Positions 60,301 to 64,000 of a stretch of 64,000 bases of DNA are shown here, one piece after another. Below the pieces are notes generated by a model, which was not told the origin of the DNA, did no database searches, and saw nothing but the letters and a program-made list of their open reading frames with translations. This DNA is from Lama guanicoe (taxonomy: Eukaryota), in contig MU053379.1 of the NCBI GenBank assembly GCA_013239625.1, positions 2,400,866 through 2,464,865 of the forward strand. The letters run 5' to 3'. Both the position numbers and the translations under genes were made by a program. The first letter of the stretch is position 1. Each line of letters starts with the position of its first letter.

Positions 60301-63077
60301 CTCAGTAAAAACTAGCCCCCAGATTTCCACCAGGGACCTGGAAACCACAAAAGCATGTTTCTTTCTCGTGCGTCCAGTGCGATTCTCGGGGCAGGGGTGG
60401 AGGGCATTCGGGTTGTGGACAACTAGATGGTGGACAACTTCCCACCTTGAACGTTGTCACTTGTTGACCAGACAGAGCTCTCTGGGGTCTTGCTTTGGCA
60501 GCTAAATTCTTTGGCCGTGAAAGTGATACTTGCACACAAAACTCATTAAACCACAATTAGCTTCTGGTCCCTGCATGAATAAACCACCAATGTTTGTTTG
60601 CTTTAATACATTTATAAACTTCGGTAGAGCAAAGACTCAGATTCTGCTTCTTTCAAACCCACCCCCTGCTCTGTACCTGGCTTCAGCTCACAGTAGAAAT
60701 CCAGGAGGTATTTGGACAAAGAATGTCTCAGTTGACAACATGCTTTTGCCCAATTAGGGAATTTTTAATAAACATTTGGGGCGCCCCCTAGTGGTTCTCC
60801 AGTGTGGAGTTTACAAGTTCCACCTAAAAACTTGTACTTTTTATAGTTTAGGACTAAACTGTGAACACGTTTATATGCCTGGTCAGAGTGTTGTAAGTCT
60901 TGTAAACACTCCTCCAAACATAAGAAATCATTCCTAAATGCACTGTCAAAGGCTCACCACTTGCTTTTCCCTGTAAATTATTTTTTCCTAAGTGTCGTGT
61001 TAGTCCCCAGCCAAGGAAGGGGAGGGAGGAAATCAGGAGGGGGAAGTGATTTTGGAGACCCGCCAGTATTGTGAGCGCTTGCAGATTGTGTCCGTCTTTC
61101 AAAGTATATGGCTGACTTAAAATTGAGAAAATATTAGTCCCTAAAAGAAAAGCCTCAAAGCAAGTATTGCCGGGAGGCATGTGGACTCCTGTTCCTCAAA
61201 GAAAGGGTTCTGGCCTTGGAGCAATGGACCCCGCAGTCCTCCGCCACCTCCTCACCTCCGTCCGCCCCCAACACCCTGACCTTTTCTGGCAAAACATTTT
61301 CACAGTTGCACTTAAATAGTAGAGATGCTGTGTGCCTCGCCCACTGGAATGGAAGTTCCGTCAGTGAGAACAGGTGTGCCCAGCCCGGCCCCCAGGGCCC
61401 CCAGCGGTGGCGCAGGCCGGGGGCAGCCGTTCCTGGGGACGGATGCAGGAGTGGACGAATGGGGGGTGTGCCTCGGACACGCGCTTCTGTGGTCCCTCCA
61501 GGAGACGCGTGGGGAGAGACGGAGAAAAAGTAAGGCCTGGCTCCAACTCTGCTGTCCCCTAACTGTTGTCTCCAGAGGGTGAACCCCCAGCAAACTCACC
61601 CTCTGTGCCCTTTCCAGGAGGCTATTACTTGACGAGCACCTACGGGGCACTTTCTCTGATAAAGAATTTCCAAGAAGAACAAGCGGCAAGGCTGCTCAGC
61701 TCAGAGGCCAGGGACACCCTGAGGCAGTGGCACAAGCGGAGGACCACCAACCGGACCATCCCCTCGGTGGACGACTTTCAGGTATGTGGCCGGCGGTGGC
61801 CATGGGGTCCCACGCTGCGCCCTTGCCCTCAGGAAGCAGAGCAGGCTCCCGGCACCACGGGCCCCCTTGGTCGGATCATCCGGTGGAAAAGGGATGTTTT
61901 AAACCACCCTCTGATCTTGTGCTTTCACTTCTCTGTTTTCCTTAAATTAAAAAAAAAAAACTGTGGATTTGGCCCAGGTTTTGCTGGGTTTCTCCCAGAA
62001 CGTTCAGCGTGGATGCTGAGCAGACAGGAAGCCAACAGGAAGGATGCTCCGGGCACAGGGGCAGGTGGGGGACCGGCCGGGTGGAAACAGGCTCTCTGCA
62101 CTCAGTCGGCGCATCTCCCCACGTCTTTCTGCGGAGTCCACATTCTCCTCCTGCCGACTTTCCCACGCTGCACTGGGAGCCACTGGGGACCTCGTGTTGG
62201 GTTGAACTGCGTGAAACTGGCTTTTCAGGAGGGGAGGGAAGGCCCACTGTCCGCGGTGTCTTGTGGTCCAGCCTAACGCGAGGGCCCTTTGGCATCATAC
62301 AAAGCAGTCCGCCACGAATGCAGCGTGTGCTCCTGCGTCTACATATTTTAAATCTCCCTCCTGACCACTGGCTCAGGGTCTTCTGCTGTTCGCTTTCTTT
62401 CTCAAGCTGTGAATTAAGCCAGTGTCAGATCTCGTTCCCACCCTTAACCAGGGATTTCTCAGCCGGGCGCTACAAGGGACTGAAAGATCAGAACAGGGCT
62501 GAGCAGACTCCCTGCCTCTTGCATTGAATTAAAATACAGCAACCCAGTGCATACAGCTGTGCTCCCCACCGTCCAAATTCAGATCAGCCTCTTTCCCTGT
62601 GCTCAGAGTCCTGGTGTCCTGACACTGGAGGTCCCTGCAAGCCGGAGCCCAGGGCGGCTCCCCCGCTCGACCTTTCCTGGCATCTCATGTGCTCACCTGT
62701 GCCACCGTGTTTCCTCCTCTGACCTGTCCCTGCATCTCTCTTTCCACCTGCAGAACTACCTCCGGGTTGCATTCCAGGAGGTCAACAGTGGCTGCACAGG
62801 AAAGACCCTGCTGGTGAGGCCTTATGTCACCACTGAGGACGTGTGTCAGCTCTGTGCCGAGAAGTTCAAGGTGGGGGACCCCGAGGCATACAGCCTCTTC
62901 CTCTTCGTGGACGAAACATGGCAGCAGCTGGCAGAGGACACGTACCCTCAGAAAATCAAGGCTGAGCTGCACAGCCGACCACAGCCCCACGTCTTCCACT
63001 TTGTCTACAAGCGCGTCAGGAGAGACCCCTACGGCGTCATCTTCCGGAATGGGGAGGAAGAGCTCACCGCCTCCTAG
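2111..63077 (+). CDS. RIN2: RIN2 (Ras and Rab interactor 2), 5'-partial spliced CDS: join(2111-2211,24911-25103,28242-28353,31169-31241,36007-36098,39384-40538,55006-55311,57334-57465,61618-61781,62754-63077)
   Basis: Ten AG/GT-bounded exons join in frame (2652 nt) and translate [16 protein letters not shown]...SH2...VPS9 ([23 protein letters not shown])...RA domain...EELTAS*. This matches mammalian RIN2 as I recall it. The first coding exon is not in the window. Confidence 0.97.
5070..5970. mobile_element. L2 LINE remnant
   Basis: ccaaagtcctcaccatggcc, gttccctctgcctggaatgtcctt, gtgtctggcatgtag...gctgaatg are typical of the L2 3' region. Confidence 0.6.
5566..5662 (+). repeat. Tandem duplication, 2 copies of about 49 bp
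   Basis: cccgcttctg(ac/cc)(g/t)gcatctcccctccacctctctgccccagccccc at 5566 and 5615. Confidence 0.85.
7330..7670 (-). mobile_element. Old L1 (L1M-type) fragment
   Basis: ttcccagtttggggctatt...gctgtgaacattcctgtgcatgtc, cattcccaccaacggtgtgtgagagttc. Confidence 0.6.
9810..10757 (-). mobile_element. 5'-truncated L1 (ORF2 C-terminus and 3' UTR), with a (GT)n microsatellite at about 10279-10306
   Basis: Minus-strand translation gives L1 ORF2 motifs ([48 protein letters not shown]); A-rich tail at about 9810. Confidence 0.92.
12098..12847 (-). mobile_element. L1 3' fragment(s) with two 3' ends inside one TSD
   Basis: The L1 3' UTR terminal motif occurs twice (12098-12275 and 12276-12847); TSD tcagcttca(t/c)aaattct at 12081-12097 and 12848-12864. 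Confidence 0.88.
13630..13800 (+). mobile_element. tRNA-derived SINE (camelid vic-1-like)
   Basis: tRNA-Ala-like head ggggaaggtacagctcagtggtagagcacgtgcttagc...ctgggttcc with (AAAT)n/A-rich tail. Confidence 0.85.
14753..15680 (-). mobile_element. Older ERV1-type solo LTR (MER34/MER39-like), interrupted by a younger LTR
   Basis: gacataagacagattaacaggagaaaa on the left and gtgccaacgtggcat...tttggggtgg...cattctg on the right of the inserted LTR; family recalled. Confidence 0.6.
15060..15530 (-). mobile_element. Solo LTR (ERV1 class) with 4-bp TSD GCCT
   Basis: TG...CA termini; GCCT at 15056-15059 and 15531-15534; about 470 bp. Confidence 0.8.
18515..18660 (+). mobile_element. Short L1 3' terminus with A-rich tail
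   Basis: tgctgtacaccagaaactgacacactgttgtaaactgactg...aataaaa followed by an A-rich tract. Confidence 0.7.
18705..19450 (-). mobile_element. Old L1 (L1MC-like) 3' fragment
   Basis: tattttgagaaatttcaaacattacagaaaagttgc..., agcatcacatcagaggc. Confidence 0.55.
19755..20120 (-). mobile_element. L1 3' fragment with TSD, inserted in a MaLR (MLT1-like) LTR
   Basis: L1 3' UTR motifs; TSD tgagacaggg(a/g)ttctt at 19739-19754 and 20121-20136. Confidence 0.85.
20758..20871 (-). mobile_element. tRNA-derived SINE, internally deleted, with 14-bp TSD
   Basis: ggaggtactggggattgaaccca (B-box half) plus T tail; TSD ctttttagcttctt at 20744-20757 and 20872-20885. Confidence 0.8.
21206..22098 (+). mobile_element. 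5'-truncated L1 with 17-bp TSD, inserted into a MER5-type hAT element
   Basis: ORF2 C-terminal and 3' UTR motifs (cacctcacaccagtcagaa, cagcaatcccactcctggg); TSD agaaatgcag(a/g)gtccta at 21189-21205 and 22099-22115. Confidence 0.92.
22220..22402. mobile_element. MER5-type hAT element
   Basis: Recognised MER5 layout ending cagccagggttgagaggcactg. Confidence 0.55.
23490..23935 (-). mobile_element. Old L1 3' fragment
   Basis: ttccagaacattttt..., gtggaatcatacagcat, ttatggctgaataca...ccacattttatttatcc. Confidence 0.65.
24911..25103 (+). CDS. RIN2: RIN2 coding exon (MVRHQD...[27 protein letters not shown]...QPPG), start of SH2
   Basis: Acceptor tttctcctag|C, donor GGG|gtaaga; 193 nt; lies within ORF 24849..25238. 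Confidence 0.96.
25712..25906. mobile_element. MER3 hAT DNA transposon
   Basis: ttgcaccagccacatttcgagcgctcactagccac...gtggctaccatactg...ttctactggacagtgct. Confidence 0.75.
26661..26883. mobile_element. MER58A hAT DNA transposon
   Basis: caggggtcagcaaact...gtctctgtcataaccactcaactctgctg. Confidence 0.75.
28242..28353 (+). CDS. RIN2: RIN2 coding exon, SH2 ([37 protein letters not shown])
   Basis: Acceptor tcttccactag|ATC, donor ACA|gtaagt; 112 nt; contains the SH2 FLVR motif. Confidence 0.96.
28440..28620. mobile_element. MIR SINE remnant
   Basis: gggcaggtaacct...gagcctcggttttctgatctgta..atggggtgatagt MIR core. Similar remnants lie near 23350, 30070, 33180, 49700, 51450 and 53200. Confidence 0.65.
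30503..30648 (-). mobile_element. tRNA-derived SINE (vic-1-like) with a small internal insertion
   Basis: ccaggacctcgtgcatgctaag...ctctaccactgagctat (reverse of the SINE head). Confidence 0.8.
31169..31241 (+). CDS. RIN2: RIN2 coding exon, SH2 ([24 protein letters not shown])
   Basis: Acceptor ctcttttccag|CC, donor CAG|gtaagg; 73 nt; phase-compatible. Confidence 0.96.
36007..36098 (+). CDS. RIN2: RIN2 coding exon ([30 protein letters not shown])
   Basis: Acceptor ttttttgaaaaatcag|G, donor CTAA|gtaagt; 92 nt. Confidence 0.95.
36203..36350 (+). mobile_element. tRNA-derived SINE (vic-1-like)
   Basis: ggggaaggtacagctcagtggt...ggtcctgggttt...(TAAA)n ctaattact. Confidence 0.85.
37671..37795 (+). 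mobile_element. tRNA-derived SINE (vic-1-like)
   Basis: gggggaggtgtagcttagcgatagagcgtgtgctcagcatgcacgaggtcctgggttcaatcccc. Confidence 0.85.
37905..38335. mobile_element. MER33/Charlie5-like hAT remnant
   Basis: aggtgaaattcattttt...tttgaaatccagcacatatttt..cttacagcatgtctcaatt; family recalled. Confidence 0.55.
39384..40538 (+). CDS. RIN2: RIN2 large coding exon (Pro-rich region and RIN-homology region)
   Basis: Acceptor gactttcag|AT, donor ATAG|gtgagt; 1155 nt; overlaps ORF 39497..40573 ([31 protein letters not shown]...PEDQI). Confidence 0.97.
42432..42569 (-). mobile_element. tRNA-derived SINE (vic-1-like)
   Basis: ggaggtgctggggattgaacccaggacctcgagcatgctaagc...ctgagctacaccctcccc; approximate TSD gaact(c/t)ccttct. 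Confidence 0.85.
45098..45454 (+). repeat. Compound (CTTT)n/(CCTT)n/poly-T polypyrimidine microsatellite
   Basis: About 355 nt of almost pure C/T, read directly. Confidence 0.97.
46085..46152. promoter_or_regulatory. Paired CCAAT (NF-Y) boxes with an intervening GC box
   Basis: TCTGATTGGCTG twice (ATTGG at 46090 and 46132) with GGGCGG between, in a CpG-enriched neighbourhood. Confidence 0.5.
48172..48488. mobile_element. MER2 (Tigger-type) DNA transposon
   Basis: TA-flanked; ggatgctcaagtcccttgtataaa, tgtttgcatatcaccta, ttggttgaatcc..gatgtggaaacc. Confidence 0.8.
48509..49198 (-). mobile_element. 5'-truncated L1 with TSD, hosting the tRNA-half insertion
   Basis: L1 3' UTR motifs; TSD cagg(c/t)ggctttt at 48497-48508 and 49199-49210. 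Confidence 0.9.
49112..49148 (+). pseudogene. Tailless retropseudogene: 5' half of tRNA-Gly(TCC)
   Basis: GCATTGGTGGTATAGTGGTTAGCATAGCTGCCTTCCA matches the first 37 nt of vertebrate tRNA-Gly-TCC (GCGTTGGTGG..., one CpG transition) as recalled. It is flanked by the direct repeat TCCAGATGTATGCCC (49090-49104 and 49145-49159). Confidence 0.88.
51583..51717 (+). mobile_element. tRNA-derived SINE (vic-1-like)
   Basis: gggggagggtgtggctcagtgg...cctgggttcaatccccagtacc; approximate TSD taaagcaa. Confidence 0.85.
52420..52845 (-). mobile_element. Old L1 (L1ME-like) 3' fragment
   Basis: ttattgagggtgaacttacat..., accacccagatccagacacagaac, cagtttggggctattatgaataatgctgc. Confidence 0.6.
53002..53155 (+). 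mobile_element. tRNA-derived SINE (vic-1-like), near consensus
   Basis: ggggagggtatagctcagtggtagagcatgtgcttagcatgcacaaggtcctgggttcaatcccc; TSD tgaaaagcag on both sides. Confidence 0.9.
55006..55311 (+). CDS. RIN2: RIN2 coding exon, VPS9 N-terminal part ([16 protein letters not shown]...[26 protein letters not shown])
   Basis: Acceptor ttcctttggcag|AT, donor TCAG|gtgagg; 306 nt; ORF 54999..55520. Confidence 0.97.
56118..56265 (+). mobile_element. tRNA-derived SINE (vic-1-like)
   Basis: ggaggtgtagctcagggg..gagcacgtgcttagcatgca...ggttcaatcc; approximate TSD aaga..tgagctct. Confidence 0.85.
56420..56618. mobile_element. MER20 hAT DNA transposon
   Basis: ttctcagcctcagcact...tgtctgcagacagtgccaga...gggcaaagtcacccc.gagctgagaa. 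Confidence 0.75.
56793..56936 (-). mobile_element. tRNA-derived SINE (vic-1-like) with 16-bp TSD
   Basis: Reverse SINE head; TSD tgtttataattaattt at 56777-56792 and 56937-56952. Confidence 0.9.
57334..57465 (+). CDS. RIN2: RIN2 coding exon, VPS9 core ([44 protein letters not shown])
   Basis: Acceptor ccgccccag|GG, donor GAAG|gtaacc; 132 nt; VPS9 GADDFLP motif. Confidence 0.97.
57530..57930 (-). mobile_element. Two adjacent L1 3' end fragments
   Basis: ttaattgaggtgaagttt...ttaaccattttaaagtgaacaattca, followed by gtgattcagttacac...tagttccctg.gctgtacagt. Confidence 0.7.
59499..59558 (+). mobile_element. Head-only tRNA-derived SINE fragment
   Basis: ggggagggtagagctcagtggtagagcccacgcttagcgagcacaaggtcctgggttca, with no tail. 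Confidence 0.75.
60177..60265 (+). mobile_element. tRNA-derived SINE, short form with poly(A)
   Basis: ggggtggatacagctcagtg...cctgggttcaacccccagtacctccatc(A)n; TSD aaaaagcc. Confidence 0.85.
60781..60794 (-). promoter_or_regulatory. Consensus CTCF core motif
   Basis: The - strand reads CCACTAGGGGGCGC, matching the CTCF consensus CCASYAGRKGGCRS. Confidence 0.7.
61618..61781 (+). CDS. RIN2: RIN2 coding exon ([55 protein letters not shown])
   Basis: Acceptor ccctttccag|GA, donor CAG|gtatgt; 164 nt; VPS9 YYLT motif. Confidence 0.97.
62754..63077 (+). CDS. RIN2: RIN2 last coding exon, Ras-association (RA) domain, stop TAG
   Basis: Acceptor ttccacctgcag|[27 protein letters not shown]...EELTAS*; stop matches ORF 62547..63077. 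Confidence 0.97.
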   Translation, partial: NYLRVAFQEVNSGCTGKTLLVRPYVTTEDVCQLCAEKFKVGDPEAYSLFLFVDETWQQLAEDTYPQKIKAELHSRPQPHVFHFVYKRVRRDPYGVIFRNGEEELTAS

Positions 63078-64000
63078 GAGACACGCGGGATTTCCCAGCG
63101 GTGCATCCGAAAGGGGGTTGGGAACCTGGCCTTCTGACTGCCCCATGCTTGGGAAAACCACCTCCTTGGGGAGCCCTCGGTTCAGTGACTAAGCCATTCA
63201 CAGGCCGATTCGGCCAAGGGCACCTTTTGTCAGTCCCCCAAGCAGGGTAGTTGAGGTTCCTGAAACAGTAGGATCCGTCCTTCAGAGGTGGAGAATTGCA
63301 TTTGGCAGTTCAGGTGTCCCGAGATCACTGGCTGCCGACCCCAGCCGGGTTCCAGGTCGGCTCACGTGTGTGTGTGCGCGCACGGAATGGACACGTCCAG
63401 GGCAGGCGCTCCTCTGAGGGCAGCAGCAGGAGTTTGGGAGACCGTCCGACGCCGCACATCAGGGACTTCTCAGTTCTGTGGACACCTCTGTTCTTTCCTT
63501 TTTCCTTTTTTTTCTTTCTTTCTTTTTTTTTTTTTTACAAAGAGCCTTTGTGTTTTTATATATTTCATAGAAATTTTTATAGCAGTTGCAGGTAAACTGT
63601 CAGGGTTGGTTTTTAAAATATTTTTGTAACTTTAAGATATTCTATAATTATGCATGTGATTTTAACATTTAATATGCAAAAAAAAAAGGAATCTCTTGCT
63701 GGATTTGAGAGTATTGTGTCTTTAAAGTCTCTCTCCTGTAACTGGATGTTGCAGTCACTTTGTGGGGAGAGATGGCTGGGTTTCTTAAAGCGCTGTATGG
63801 CTGACACTGGCCACTGAATGCCTTTGGAAATCTGACGTTCTGTTGTTACCTTGTTCACGCTTCGTGGTGTTGCCCTGTTTTGTCTTTTAACCAAGTGGTG
63901 CTGAGGATCAGGAGAGAAATGAATGTAGAGAGAGGTCGAGAGGGAAATACAGACTAACAACGAACTAAGGCGTGGAGCCTGCTGGTCCAGGCTCCTGCAG
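63078..64000 (+). other. RIN2: RIN2 3' UTR (partial, probably continues beyond the window)
   Basis: Follows the stop codon; U/AU-rich tract at about 63490-63690; no clear AATAAA seen before the window end. Confidence 0.8.

Noticed and set aside
1..64000. CRISPR array, operon or other prokaryotic-type novel system
   Set aside because: The sequence is a spliced mammalian gene with interspersed repeats; I saw no repeat-spacer array or gene-dense structure.

Overview
Mammalian genomic DNA, very likely camelid, inferred from about 12 copies of a tRNA-Ala-derived, vic-1-like SINE. The window holds most of the RIN2 gene (Ras and Rab interactor 2; SH2, Pro-rich, RH, VPS9 and RA domains; Rab5 GEF) on the + strand. 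Ten GT-AG coding exons run from 2111 to the TAG stop at 63075-63077 (2652 nt, phases consistent), followed by the start of the 3' UTR. The exon with the start codon lies upstream of the window. The introns contain L1 3' fragments (several with TSDs), nested LTRs, MER/MIR/L2 remnants and microsatellites. I see no supportable new protein-coding system; nearly all other ORFs in the track are spurious. The most notable extras are: a tailless retroposed 5' half of tRNA-Gly(TCC), ending at the anticodon and flanked by a 15-bp TSD inside an L1; a strong donor site 4 nt into a RIN2 exon whose use would be in frame; in-frame upstream acceptors at a VPS9 exon; a twin NF-Y/GC-box intronic module; a consensus CTCF site; a ~200-bp diverged direct repeat; and a double-tailed L1 within one TSD. 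Repeat family names and human comparisons are from memory, not from a database search.
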